Assembly: GCF_052425735.1 (NCBI RefSeq)
Contig: NC_135767.1
Span: forward strand, 14,818,001 to 14,882,000
DNA: 64,000 nucleotides
Source of the DNA: Oculina patagonica
Taxonomy: Eukaryota
Direction: 5' to 3'
Position 1 is the stretch's first letter, and every line of letters begins with the position of its first letter. Under the pieces are notes generated by a model. The model was not told where the DNA came from, ran no database searches, and was given only the letters and a program-made list of their open reading frames with translations. Positions 25,101 to 38,293 of the stretch are shown here, piece by piece. The position numbers and the translations under genes were made by a program.

Positions 25101-28100
25101 TTTGAAACATCATAATAGGTAAAAGAAGAGGAAAATACAATGTGATCCGTAACATAGTTCTTTAAATTTGTGACACAGTACTTACATTCTTAACACCAGT
25201 TCTCTCTCATCCAACGAATATGGGAGATCCTTTTTGTTTCCTAAAATTAAAACCTACAAAAATTAATCATATTAAAAATTAATCAGCTCGCTAGACAATT
25301 GTTTTAGTTTTGAGGGCTTAATAAAAATACAGGAATGCTCGCAAATTAAATATTGTGGGGAACCAGCTCACTGGTAGTCGAAGCGAACGTCCGAGAATTT
25401 GGACGATTACGTCTTTTATGAACGCGCAGTAGTTATTCTCGAGTAAATTAGCACTGAAGTAGCACTTCATACATTACTTACAGGAATGCCTGCTAATTGC
25501 GGCTTCCCTAACAGTCGATGAAGCTCGTCCCTGGAGATATCTATGTTCCCAACATCTGCAGCGTCCACCATGTACCTACATTGTAGAGAATGAGAATTGT
25601 AAACAAGCCACATGGGTGACGCTTGTAGCCAAGTCAAACATAAAATGATTTTATATCGTACGTACAAGCTAATTTATACCCCAGCTCAACCCCCCCCCCC
25701 CCCCCTTAAGGTTTTAGTTCCATTAAGTCACAGCAAAATTGATTAACATTAGATACAGAGCCCTGTGCTTGTTAAGGTGACACTACGTTATTGGTTTTCA
25801 CGTCATATAACGTAACGAAATCCGCCGTCCTTGACTCGTCATTTTAGATTTCCCTATTTTCTTAGAACGTCATGAAATAACGGACATTGATAGAAAATAA
25901 GGCCATAATGCTAATGTAATATAAAAATACATAAATTTTGTAAATACACTTTAGAATAAAAAAAATGGAAGAAGTATGCCAAAGAAGTTTGATTTAGAAT
26001 ATTATTAATACCTACACTATGCAACTGACGCCTTGACAGAACCCTTCCCACAGCTTTCTAAATCGAGGAGAACCTCCGAGGTCCCAGACCTACTAGTAAC
26101 GAAACCAGAAATGAGATTGAGAAGCATTTAGCAAAAGAGGTGTTTCGCTGGGGTTCCGTACTATCTAGGTGAGGAGATGCACTGTAAGAGTAAAGTGTCA
26201 TGCCCCAATAGCTATTACACTTCAGTAAGAAAGACTATTCGTCATTCTAATAAAGATAAGGGTCTTGTCTTTGAGATTCGCCTCTTTAACTTTGACCTTT
26301 CCTCAATTTTAAACCAATCTATTGTTGATGACCAAAACAAAACAAAAAACAAAAAAACAAAAAGATGAACCAGCCTTGTTTCATTTGGCCCCTTCTTGTC
26401 AACAGGGGATTGGCGTAAAATCGGAGGTCACTGAATAATTACAAAACAGTCACAGACTTTTCGTGGAAGGCGTGGTTGCTATAATAGACCCTATGCATGA
26501 ATGATCATGGTTAAATGGTGCAAAACCGGCCATGCGGTGACGCAAGTTACGCAATGGGAGATTCAGAACAAAGCGACTCGCACTTGTCAAGCTTCACCTT
26601 CCTTTGTTTTGGATGTCCTACTACATAAATATGTCACCGGATATTGCAAAGCGCCTCTTGTTAGCGAACTGGACTCCGGATCGAGCTGTCCGGACTCAAA
26701 CTGTGGCCAGGTCATTATATTGTGTTCTTGGGCAAGCCACTTTACTCTTATAGCCACTGTACTTTCCAACCAGGTGTGTAAATGGGTACTGTTGAATTTA
26801 ACTCTAAAATGCGATTGACTCAAGGATCCCATTCATGCTGGCTATCCCCAGAGGTATGGGACAACCCGGTCTGGAATAAAATTTTAGAACACTATTTATA
26901 ACCATGGAGCACAAAAATGAATAAATGAAAACATTTTCTCTTGTACGTCTCAAAGTTAAACGTAATTAGCATCAATCATCATGATATTGCAGAGCACTTA
27001 AAGGAAAAAAAGTACATACTTTCTTTATTCGGAATGTGTACGCTTATTTTGCTTAATGGGATTAAAAGTTCAAGACTTAAAATAAGAGAGTATTTTTGGC
27101 TGTTTGAAAAAAACAAATTTTAGCATTCAAATGACATCGTAAAGGTTTAAAAAAAAACACATCACATCATGATGTTCCAGATGTATGTTTACCATACCTT
27201 TATAACACCATTTCCATTCGCATACTTTCTCATCTGCCACCCAACTGTAGGAAGCATGTCTTCACTAAACTGATGACCAGACTAAATTAACATAAATGCA
27301 AGTTGTGGTCAAACTTATTACATAAGTATAGTTACCATAGTAACTTTAGCTTTTAGTGGAAATTCGAAAATTTAAAGTGCTAATTTAAAATAAAGCATTT
27401 TCTATGCAAATCCAAGTGTAAAAAACGTATACGAGAATTTGTCATAAGTGAAGGTGGGGTTTAATAAAATACTAAAAAATAAAAAAGGTTAGATTGGAGA
27501 GCTCAGCAGAGACATGGCGCATTCTTGAGAGCGCTCGCCTCTCACCAATGCGACCCGTGTTCGATTACCGGACCGACCCGGCGTTATATGTAGGCTGAGT
27601 TTGTTGTTGGTTCGCCTCCTTGCTCTAAGTGTTTTCTCCTTTCCTGAAAATCAACATTTCCAAATTCCAATTCGACCTGGATAGAGGATCTGCATTAAAA
27701 CCAGCTTGACTAATAGCTGATGTGGGTTTTATAATAACGTTATTCATGACAGGAGCAAAGACAAATTAACTGGTCAAAAATAGTCCAAAAGCCTTATGAA
27801 GGCAGCTTTTTCTAGATCTAGAAATGATGCACTTATGAAATGCCAGGGAATTGTAACGTAAATAAAATAGCTCTTGTTAAATGAACTGGGGTGCCTTTAA
27901 ACGGGGCCGGTTTTGATTCTGTTTCCATAAACATTGCTTAATCTCCCTCACTTCTTATAACTATCAATTTTAGACTTCATCATTTTAGTTTGACATGTCT
28001 TCTCTATGTCCCTCGATAATTTCCACATTTGTCTCATTTGTTTTTCTCTTGAAATTTTCATTTCTACGTTCGGAATCGAAAAAATGCCCTAAGAGATATA

Positions 28101-29124
28101 TTGTAGATGTGTATTTTCAACTTTCCATTTTTTTTATTATTATTATTATAATTATTTTCGTCCAAGTGAACTGGCATTGTCAAGTAACCAACAGCGCTAT
28201 CTTTGCTTCTGCTATCTAATCTGTTGATAAATCTTTCCAGACTAGGCATTAAATACGTGTACATCATTGTTCCTTTTCACCCCCTTGGGAGCATAGGGCG
28301 TCTACCAGTTTCCTAAACTAATATTTTTAAAATAGAAGATCAACCAGGCCGAAACACATTAAAGATCAAAAGCTACATACTCACGGTAAATTGAAAGGCT
28401 ACAGACTGGTAGCCAAAAGCTTATCTTTTCAAAATTCATTTTTTTTAACCAGAGAATGTTTTTAAAACTGTTCAACCAATGTAAACGATGTAGCTGATGA
28501 AACTATTTGAGTAGCCCTGAGCTGCCTTTTTAATGACCTTATAAAAAGGGTTTGTTCGTCGGTAGACGCTGGTAGAAACGAAACCGACTATTTGGTGTTT
28601 AAACGACCCAAAACTTTAACAATACTTTCAAATTTATCATGTTGAAAAACGCTAGTTGAATGTAAGTAAACTTTTTCCCTAATATATTACTACAAAACTC
28701 GTTTTCATTCATTTTCCTTGTGATTGTTTGATGATTTCGTGACCACAGGTCACCTTAAGGCCGGTGACAACATTTCTCGGAATCCGTTATTTATAAAATT
28801 CTCCGAATTTGAAAAATAAAACTTTGCGTCCTCCGGTCTACTGAATAGAACATACCAACAAATCGTCTAAGCCATTGATTACAGACCCATCAGGACTACC
28901 CGTAGAACTGTTAAAAAACGATCCAGTTACGTTGAATGTTAATCGACTCGACCCTAAAAGTTTGAATAAATATAAAGCAGTCATTTAGTAGGTTTACTAA
29001 CCATGATGACATTGAGAAATGTCGTCTTGCCAGACTTTTGCAACCCTACCAACACAACCTTGGTTTCCTCTTTAAAGAATGCATTGTTTATCCAATCAAA
29101 TACACTCCTGTAAAAAGCCAACAT
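22176..29124 (-). CDS. ARL8: ADP-ribosylation factor-like 8 (ARL8)-like small GTPase, divergent paralog, 202 aa
   Basis: Exons 29124-29002, 27281-27198, 26089-26016, 25575-25482, 25253-25186, 22979-22909 and 22270-22176, all GT-AG, total 609 nt. Translation includes [90 protein letters not shown] lies just after the stop. Confidence 0.9.
22498..22647. repeat. 15-bp minisatellite (GGACTAGTAAAACGC) x9 preceded by (GGACT)n
   Basis: Direct reading. Lies in intron 6 of the ARL8-like gene. Confidence 0.9.
23407..24940. mobile_element. Harbinger-like MITE split by the LINE insertion
   Basis: Left end tta-ggcctgaaccacgcta, continuing after the LINE as gcgacataac; right end ttatgtcgctgaaccaggcc-tta. 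Confidence 0.65.
23423..24774 (-). mobile_element. 5'-truncated CR1/L2-type LINE (RT C-terminal half)
   Basis: RT motifs [17 protein letters not shown] and LGVIID. Frameshift near 24255. (TTA)n 3' tail at ~23423-23437. ACGCTA target duplication. Confidence 0.9.
26465..26830 (+). mobile_element. tRNA-derived SINE with a small MITE-like insert in its head
   Basis: ggaaggcgtgg...gttagcgaactggactccggatcgag head and a tgtgttcttgggcaag..ccaggtgtgtaaatgggtact core. Interrupted at ~26483-26650 by an aatagaccc...tgcaaagcgcctct insert. Confidence 0.5.
27496..27700 (+). mobile_element. tRNA-derived SINE
   Basis: Degenerate A box (tggcgcattc), B box (gttcgattacc), and the gagtttgttgttggttc...ttccaaattccaattcgacc body seen in cnidarian SINEs. 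Confidence 0.6.
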
Positions 29125-31076
29125 TTTCTATCTGAATGCACACGAATAACTGACTACCGTTCAACACAGGAAGCAATAACTTTTTACATCCCGAGATATT
29201 CCATGCGCATGCTCTGCGAACGGGAGAGCCTGGACCCTGAAAATTAATCAGAACTGAAAGAGACCAGGTTAACACATAACACATTACACGGTTCAAAGAT
29301 TCGAGAAAACAATTTTTGATCTTTATTCAACCCACTTTTTGGATCAAATAATCTGACAGTTTGTTAGCGAAACGAATTACCTTGTATTACATTTTTGTTT
29401 ATTACCCGTTGTAAGATGTATACAATACAAACCCCCGAAAGCAAACGTTGACGCTCGAACCAGCTCTTGGAACACACGTAGCCAAGAACACGAAACCAAT
29501 TGCTCGAAATCTTTCGACGTATTACTAACAACTGCTTCAAATATCACTTAAAGCAGAGAAACCGCTCGAACAAATCTGTGAACACGCGTAAACCAAAACC
29601 GGAAAACGAAATGCTGCTAGAAGATGGCGAAGCTCGAAGGTGACGCAACGCGACCTCATGGTTGCAAGTACCCGACACCACCGTGCGCGCTTGCTAAAAT
29701 ATTACCCGAGACGACCGTGCGCGCCTAGTTTTGTCAAATCGAGAACGCTCCGCCCATTACAAACACATTTCTTACTTTTTCAACAAACATTCTTTGTCCT
29801 TGTATGTATACACGCGGGGACTCCTAGGGTGCCTCCTCGGGTTTTGGCAACAACGATGTAAACACGTCAGCCGAATTGGTCTATAAAAGCATTCTTTATC
29901 TTTGAATAGTTTTCAACTCTGACATTCAAATAGATAATACCTATAGGTTTACAGCGTTGGAAATACCAAATTAAGATATCTTGTAGTTGAAAAAGAAAAT
30001 GCTGATGTACTCCTATCCATTTCAAATGTAGAATAGCAGGTGGCATATACGGATGGGATGACAGCTCAAAAACGTTTTACATGATAATTCCTGCATGTGC
30101 GTAATAATGCAAGCAGTTTTCCTAAACTATAAGCTTTCCATAATACGGCAAATAAAGTTGCACTGCGTTTTATCTATACATTAACCTTCCTTTCCTTTTC
30201 TCCCCTCTCTCCAGAGTCATTTCCATGGCTGGACCCTTGCATGTCTACGATGACTTTAAATTTCGTCTTCCAAAAATTCAATGGTAACGATTTTCCTTTG
30301 AATTAGAGATTTCTCAGAAGCATATATTCTTCTCATCTCCACAGTACAAAAAAAAAAACATGTTTCTAACTATCTAGCACAAATTACCAATACAATTATT
30401 CTTAGCGTTAATTCGATCATAATGCCATGTTTATCGGATAAACATTTCCCTTTCTGCTTCCTTAACCTTACTTCGTAGATTCATTAAATAAGGCAAACAT
30501 GATGAGGCATTATTTAAATATCGAAATTGTGACGCAAAATAAAATTTGACGTTCTGAGTCATTTGAATGGCAAGTTAATTTATTTTTACGCTTAAATAAT
30601 TCAGAAAAAAAAAAAAAAAAAAAAAAACAGAAAATAACATGTTCAACTACTGATATTTTTGCCCTACTAAAAATCCCTATTTTTATAGATGATATCAGTT
30701 GTAATGAATGATCGGGAAGGTGGTAGAAACTAATACAATATAACTGCATTTATATCATGACAAAGCAAAATTAAACAAAAATATATTAAAGGAAGTCTTT
30801 TCCCTGCAGTCGCATTAAAGTAACACTAATATTTAACAAGTAGCCTAATCTAAATGTTTAAAGGCTAACTACTAATTGCCTAAAACAACTTCTTAAGTAA
30901 GCTGAGGTTTAAAAAAACTTTAAAGGTGAACATGTCAGTGAATTTAGATATCGAATGACGCTTAAGATTCCATCTAGTGTAGGCAACTCCAAATGGGAAT
31001 GCAAATTAGACTACACTGTGTGGATTCACCTGTGTATTATATTTGTTGTATCTGTTGTATCACCACAAATTACACA

Positions 31077-32012
31077 ATGGCTGCGAATTTTACTGAAGAT
31101 GAAAGCCAGGGAACGTTTGAAGATCTGATTTGTTCCACATCACTGGATGAGCCACACGCCTTGCGATTCATCGCAGCCGTAAACATTTTCCTGTCCGTCG
31201 CCACATCTCTGGGAAATACTCTAATTATTGTTGCTCTTCAAAAGGAGTCTTCGCTCCACCCGCCTTCGAAACTGTTGTACATTTGCCTCTCGGCCACCGA
31301 TCTATGCGTTGGTTTAATTCTGCAGCCTACCTATGTGATCATTTTAATATCTGAGATAAATGGAGACAAAGAACTCTGCTATCGCATTGCAACCTCAAAT
31401 GTAGTTATAGGCGTTATCGTAAATGGCGTGTCGTTGTCAACTCTAACCGCTATAAGTGTGGACAGACTTCTCGCCCTGTTATTAAGGCTGAGGTACCGAC
31501 AAATTGTAACTTTAAAACGAACCCGTGTGGTTGTAGCCATGATTTGGTTATTGCACATTTCTGTTGCCATCACGTACTTCTGGGTCCAACTGTTTTTCCT
31601 ATGGTTCGGCTACTTACTAATATCTGTTTGTATTATAACATCAGTTGTATCATACGCGAAAATTTACTTCAATCTCCGCCGTAAAATGGCACAAATCCTT
31701 AACCAAGGGCAGGCTTATGCAGGAGGAACTCAAATGAACATAGCACTATACAGAAAGACTGTTTCAACCGCATTGTGGATTCAGCTGACATTAGTGGCTT
31801 GTTTTCTTCCATATGGCATATACACAGCTCTCATTCCAAAGTTTGGATCATCCCCATCATTTGTTCTAGGCGGGAGGTTTGTATCAAGCTTAGTCTTCTT
31901 AAACTCATCTCTAAACCCATTTTTGTACTGTTGGAAGATGAGGGAAGTACGACAAGCAGTGAAGGAAACAATCAGACAGTTTTGGTGCTTCTCTAATGAA
32001 AGTGCTGATTAA
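31077..32012 (+). CDS. Intronless class A GPCR (adenosine/melanocortin-receptor-like orphan)
   Basis: 7TM motifs GN (TM1), LSATD, SVDRL and NSSLNPFLY. The likely ATG is 31077, from comparison with the paralog at 35880. Confidence 0.9.
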   Translation: MAANFTEDESQGTFEDLICSTSLDEPHALRFIAAVNIFLSVATSLGNTLIIVALQKESSLHPPSKLLYICLSATDLCVGLILQPTYVIILISEINGDKELCYRIATSNVVIGVIVNGVSLSTLTAISVDRLLALLLRLRYRQIVTLKRTRVVVAMIWLLHISVAITYFWVQLFFLWFGYLLISVCIITSVVSYAKIYFNLRRKMAQILNQGQAYAGGTQMNIALYRKTVSTALWIQLTLVACFLPYGIYTALIPKFGSSPSFVLGGRFVSSLVFLNSSLNPFLYCWKMREVRQAVKETIRQFWCFSNESAD

Positions 32013-33601
32013 GACGGCATACGGTGAAACTAAACAGTAGAACTGAGACAACCAAAGGACCAAATGTAAATGGTGGTAGTTACCGAAACTGATTTCAGTA
32101 CTGCCAGATGAAAAACAAAACTAACTGCGAACACCTGAGAAGACAATTTCGGTTCCAGATCAGGACAACCTTATGTGTATGTATTTAAGAAGAGAACCAT
32201 TAGATGGTTTAGATGAATAACTAACTTCTATAGACACAATCGACTAGCAAAACATAAGACTGCTAAAGCTTAATAAAGTCGGTACTTTGTAAAGATACGA
32301 TTGTTTTTAGAATTTAGTAGCTCGTAGGTAGCGAAGCTGTTCTGGGCGAGCTACCCCTATGTTGACTATATTGAATATTATTAGCCAAAAAGGAAAATGA
32401 GGAAAAAAAACTGATTAAATACGAAAATTAATATTTTGTAAAGACAGAATACTAATTTTGTTAATCATAGCACGCAAGTCGGTCATAGTAAAGTTCACAA
32501 TTTATGCAGCAAATAAAAAGCGAAACATAGTGTACACAAGGTATAGTAAAGCGAGTTAACAGTAGTAATGGAGATTCGAAACAAATGGAAAGAAGACGGT
32601 GTGCTGATTTAAGAAGCGAGAGATACTTGGAGATTTCAACGTAGCCTATATCAACATTTATCTCGTCATTTTCAATTATATGCAAAGGTGATTTACCCAA
32701 TAAACGTTTGAAGGGCGAAACGGAGAAATGACTGTTGGTTTATTCTTTTTTTAAAATCTGCGTAAATATTTTTTTTACGATATGATGTTGTATGGCCAAC
32801 GTAATAAAAAACCGAATCATAAGTGACAATATTAGCAGTTGCATTTTCTATTCCTCGACAGCTGAAAATTTATAGGACAAACCATATAAACCCACCCTTA
32901 AGGCATGATTTTAAAACATACCTTACCATTTCATCTGGAGATAAACCTTTTTCGGTTGTTATATTTCATTTATGCGATCTCTTTCCAGGCAACATATTCT
33001 TTAAAGTAGTGAACATTAAACGAAAAAAAACGCCACACAGTGAGGTAAAACATGGATGTGGCCTTTGAATGAGAAGCGATATCGAAGCAAAATTCCGGTT
33101 AAGCAAATGTCGTGTAAATTGAGTTTTTTAAAAAAATTCACGCTGGGGATCGAACATGATCCAGAAGAGCCAGTTGCCATTAACTTAGACAACTTAGTCG
33201 ACATTAAATAAGCCAGGATAATGTGCTATATTTCTTTACAGTTTTTGAATTAGTTTAAGACAAAAGCATGCCTATTTTTTTTTTAAACTTACATGCATAA
33301 ACTATTGTCGTATCTTGCTACGTCTTCCTTATATAATTACACGCAAAGGGAAAGAGGAAATTAAATTAAATACAGCCATTTTATCTGTTTCATATATTTA
33401 GGAACTCCGATGAATGTATTGCGTCATTTATTCAGGCTTTGGTTTAGTTAGAAAATTATATTTATAATCGAAATAAAAAAATAATAGGTCTCGACTATCT
33501 GCATAAATTCGACGGGAAAAAGAGCAATTTAACGTGCTCTGAAACTGGGTGTTGTTTTGCAAGAATGGAGAGAACTTTTGTTAATACACTGATGTATCTC
33601 T

Positions 33602-33999
33602 AGGCCTGGTTGTCATATAATCGCCCCGATCGTTTCTATCGCCTCTGTCACCTGAAAAGGTTTCTTGCGTTCAGGGCGACAAATTATATATATGATCGCT
33701 AACGTCTGCGACAATTAGGACGATCACGATACTGGCTTGGAGTGCCCATGTTCTAACCTTCTAGCTTCTCTTTTCTTTTTTCGCCGTGAAACAACAATAA
33801 CTGAGAAGGAGGCCACGAGTTTTGCCCTTTCATTAAAGGCTGCTTGGACTAAAATGATTGTTTTTTCGTAGGTCTTCGCTCCTACAAGGCGATCGGGACG
33901 TTCATATGGTGAACCCCCGATCGCTTCCAATCGCTTCGATCGCCTACGATCGTCTCAGTTTTTGTAAACGATTGATGCGATCATATGAGAACCAGGCTT
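33602..33999. mobile_element. Harbinger-like MITE (copy 1)
   Basis: TIR aggcctggttgtcatataatcg ... cgatcatatgagaaccaggctt. Confidence 0.65.
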
Positions 34000-34314
34000 T
34001 AGTTTGTATAACGGCACTGCACCTTCGATCGACACGGCACGTCTTTTCTTTTCTTTTGCTTAACTAAGTTATACGCTCAGGGAATTAAAAATATATATTT
34101 ATATAATATACTTTAAACGTGGTCACAATTTGAGCGACTGCTTCAAAGAGCTTATAACATCATTCAATCAGCTTTTGTTTTGGCTATTATGTTGCATTAA
34201 TAACCAAAATAAAGCACATTCAATATGTTAGTATCAGTATTAAGTAATATATTAGTTTAGCACAAGACCCCACAAGCATTGTGCTTAAAACCCTTATTGT
34301 GTTTAAATAACGGA

Positions 34315-34350
<36 letters not shown>
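34315..34350. repeat. (GAT)12 microsatellite
   Basis: Direct reading. Confidence 0.9.
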
Positions 34351-35879
34351 CAAACACGTGAGAGGGTAAAAGCATTGTAACGAAGACTATGTGACCATAA
34401 AGCTACAGGCAATTTCTTCCCTTAAGCTTATAAAAGTAATAAAATATCTGATTACAAAACATATGCTTGATATCTCTATCCATATGGTGAGAAGTGTCAA
34501 GTATCTGAAGGTAGCTGTAATTTCTTCTTCAAATAAAACCTGGATGAAAAGCAAAACACATTGTAAAGCCAACCTTACAGCGCGATCAATGCCTCAATGC
34601 CTGTTCTTTCCAAATTTCATTCTAAAATAAACCGACGGAATCAATGTCTTTAGTTAAATGGTATGGCTGACGGTCAACTTTATTTTAAATTCCGGCACTA
34701 ATCCACGCTCACCTAAAACAATGGGACACCATCTACGGAGGTGCTCTCATTGGGAGAGGGGACCGTCCCAAAGACTAATTTACTTTAAATTTTGATTTTG
34801 CTCTTTTTTTCAGGAATTGTTTTAAAAGTCGCCATCGCCGTCTTTGTTGTTTCTTTTCGCGTTGAAAATTAAAATATGGAGAATAGTGTACAATCTCATG
34901 GTGCTTTCTCGCTCGCCACTAGGCCGGTGCTGTTTGGGCATGTACAGAAAAGATCATAGCAGAGAACATGGCAGCCACATTGTGAGATTCGCTGTATAGT
35001 TTCGAGCCTCGCATGTTGCATATTAGACTAAGTATCTGCTTCCGGGGAATTTTCTACGGCAGTCAAAAAGAAAACATGCGGTAGTTATAGCAACATTTCA
35101 TTCTGGAAACTTCGAAAATGTAATCGACTATGCGATCAAGAGAGCTTTACAATGTTGCTTTCTTTCAATTTGTTGAGTTGTAGGTACAAAGTACACGCCA
35201 CTATAATCGAGTTTTCGATGCGGCAAACAATGCAACGTGCGAAACACATCGAAAAAACCGAACTTTAATTAAAAGAAAGCAAAAACACTTTTTAATTAAA
35301 AGCAACTAACTTCAATTAAAGTTTCTAATATTTCCGATGGTGCTTTGTTGCACTTAAGTGACAGACAGCAAGGGAGAATACCCCTTAGGTAGAAACAAAT
35401 ATTGCGCAAAGAAATTTCCATTGCAAACGAAAACCTCTAATTTATTTAGGACACAGAACATTAATCGAGTTAAAGTGTAAATGCACAGGTGCATAAACGG
35501 ATATAACGTTCAGAATAAATAATGAATAAGCTGAAGATCTGGTTTTGTCAACTGAGGAACAACACTGCCTTGGATTTTAAATATGTTTTTATGCTAAACA
35601 CCGTTAAACGCAGGTATGAATGAAAAGCGGTAAACCATCTCTAACAGTGCTAGAAAACAGGCGACACGACGTTAGCGGCAGATGACCTAGGAAAACAGCG
35701 AACTGGTGCTTGAAAATCTAATCATACGCTCAACATTTGACTCCGCCACTTGGTTAACAAAAGAATGACAATACGGTGCAAATAGCTTTTAACGTATCAT
35801 GTACACGAGGTAAAGAGCTCTTTTTTCGATTTAGAGGATTTGTACATTAAAACGAAAAAGAAAAGTAAAACAGTGGAAA

Positions 35880-36818
35880 ATGGCTGCGAGTTTTACTGAA
35901 GATGGAAGCCAGGGAACGTTTGAAAACCTTGTTTGTTCGTTGGATGCGCCACACGCCTTGCGATTCATCGCAGCTGTTAATATTTTCCTATCAGTCGCCA
36001 CTTCTCTGGGAAATACTCTAATCATTGTTGCTCTTCAAAAGGAGTCTTCGCTTCACCCGCCATCGAAACTGTTGTATATTTGCCTCTCGGCCACCGATCT
36101 ATGTGTTGGTTTAATTCTGCAGCCTTTTTATGTGATCATTTTAATATCTGAGATAAATGGAGACAAAGAGCTTTGTTATCACGTCTCAACCTACTTTGCT
36201 GTTATAGGTGCTATCTTGTTTGGCGTGTCGTTGTCAACTCTAACCGCTATAAGTGTGGACAGACTTCTCGCCCTGTTATTAATGTTGAGGTACCGACAAG
36301 TTGTAACTTTAAAACGAATCCGTGTAGTTGTAGCCATGATTTGGTTTTTGTTCATTTCTGTTGCCACAACGTACTTCTGGGTCCAATTGTTTTTACTGTG
36401 GTTTGGCTATATACTAATAACTGTTTGTATTATAACATCAGTTTTCTCATACACGAAAATTTACTTTAATCTTCGCCGTCAAATGGCTCAAATCCTAAAC
36501 CATGCTAGCCAAGGGCAGGCTCATGGAGGAGGAACTCAACTGAACATAGCACTATACAAAAAGACTGTTTCCACTGCATTGTGGATTCAGCTCACATTAG
36601 TGGCTTGTTTTCTTCTCTATGGCATATACACAGCTCTAATTCCGAAGTATGGATCACCCCCCTCATTTGTTCTAGGTGGGAGGTTTGTATCAAGCTTAGT
36701 CTTCTTAAACTCATCTCTTAACCCATTTTTGTACTGTTGGAAGATGAGGGAAGTACGACAAGGGGTGAAGGACACGATCAGACAGTTTTGGTGCTTCTCT
36801 AATGGAAGTGCTGATTAA
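35880..36818 (+). CDS. Intronless class A GPCR, recent paralog of 31077
   Basis: 312-aa ORF with the same 7TM motifs and high identity to the 31077 copy. Confidence 0.9.
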   Translation: MAASFTEDGSQGTFENLVCSLDAPHALRFIAAVNIFLSVATSLGNTLIIVALQKESSLHPPSKLLYICLSATDLCVGLILQPFYVIILISEINGDKELCYHVSTYFAVIGAILFGVSLSTLTAISVDRLLALLLMLRYRQVVTLKRIRVVVAMIWFLFISVATTYFWVQLFLLWFGYILITVCIITSVFSYTKIYFNLRRQMAQILNHASQGQAHGGGTQLNIALYKKTVSTALWIQLTLVACFLLYGIYTALIPKYGSPPSFVLGGRFVSSLVFLNSSLNPFLYCWKMREVRQGVKDTIRQFWCFSNGSAD

Positions 36819-38293
36819 GACGGCGCACGGTGAACCTAAATCGTACTAAACAGTAGAACTGAGACAACCAAAGGACCAAATGTAAATGTTGGTAGTAACT
36901 GAAACTGATCTCAGTACTACCAGATGAAACAAAAAAAAACGAACTGAGAACACCAGAGTAGAACATTTGGGTTCAAGATTAAGACAACCTTATTCGTATG
37001 TATTTAAAAAGAGAACAATTCGATGTTTTAGATGAACAACTTACCTCTATAAACACAATTGACTAGCAAAACATACTGAGATTGCTAAAGCTTAATTAAG
37101 TCGGTAAAGAGTGACTTTTTTGAAATAAGACTGTTTTTAGAGTTTAGTAGCTCGCAGGTAGCGAAGCTGTTCTGGGCGAGCTACCACTTTGTTGACTGTA
37201 GTGAATTTTATTATTCTAAAAGGAAAATGAGAAAAAAAAAATTAAATACGAAAATTAATATTTTGTAATTAAGCAGAAATAAGACAGAATATTAATTTTG
37301 TTAATCATAGCACGCAAGTCGGTCATAGTAAAGTTCACAATTAATGCAGCAAATTAAAAGCGAAACAAAGTGTACACAAGGTATAGTAAAGCGAGTTAAC
37401 AGTAGTAATGGAGATTCAAAAGAAATGGAAAGAAGACGGTGTGCTGATTTAAGAAGCGAGAGAAACTTAGAGATTTCAATGTAGCCTATATCAACATTTA
37501 TCTCGTCATTTTCAATTATATGCAAAGTTGATTTACCCAATAAACGTTTGAAGGGCGTAAAGGAAAAATGACTGTTGATTTATTCTTTTTTTTTTTTTTT
37601 TTATCCTGCGTTAAATATTATGTTTACGATATAACGTTGTATAGAAACGTAGTGACAATTTTTAGCAGCTACTTTCTCTATTTCTCGATGGCTGAAAATT
37701 TCTAGGACAAGACATTTTCTAAACCTTCCCTGAGGGCATGATTTCAAAACATGCCTTATGATATCGAGATGTTCATTGCACTTGGCCATAAACTTTTACG
37801 TTTTTATATTCCATGTTTGCGATCTTAAGCCAACATATCACTAAACGTATAATGAGGATTAAACGAAAAAAAAAATACGCCACACAGTGAGGAAAAACAT
37901 TGGACATTGATTTTGAATGAGAAGCGATAACGAAGCAAAATTCCGGTTCAGCGAATGTGGTGTAAATTGACTTTTGAAAAAATTCCAGCTGGGAACATGA
38001 TCCAAAAGAACCAGTATCCATTAACTTAATCGATATTCATTAACCCAGGATGATGTACTATTTTTCTTTACAGTTTTTGAATTAGTTTAAGTCAAAACCA
38101 TGCCTACTTTTCTAAAACTAGCATGCATAAACTACCATTATGTCTTACTACGTTTTCCTTGCACGCAAAGGGAAATAAGAAATTTAATTAAATTTTGACG
38201 CGAAAAAGAGTATTTTTAACGTGCTCTGAAGGTGGGTGTTGTTTTGCAAGAACAGATAGAACTTCCTTGTTCATAAACTGATGTATTTCAATT

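Noticed and set aside
30993-31076. 28-aa Cys-rich N-terminal extension of the first GPCR
   Set aside because: Absent from all paralogs, and homology to the twin starts at ATG 31077. Probably 5' UTR or flank.
32461-37540. Similar 79-aa minus-strand ORFs at 32461-32700 and 37301-37540
   Set aside because: Their similarity is explained by the recent segmental duplication. They have non-ATG starts and no recognisable domain.
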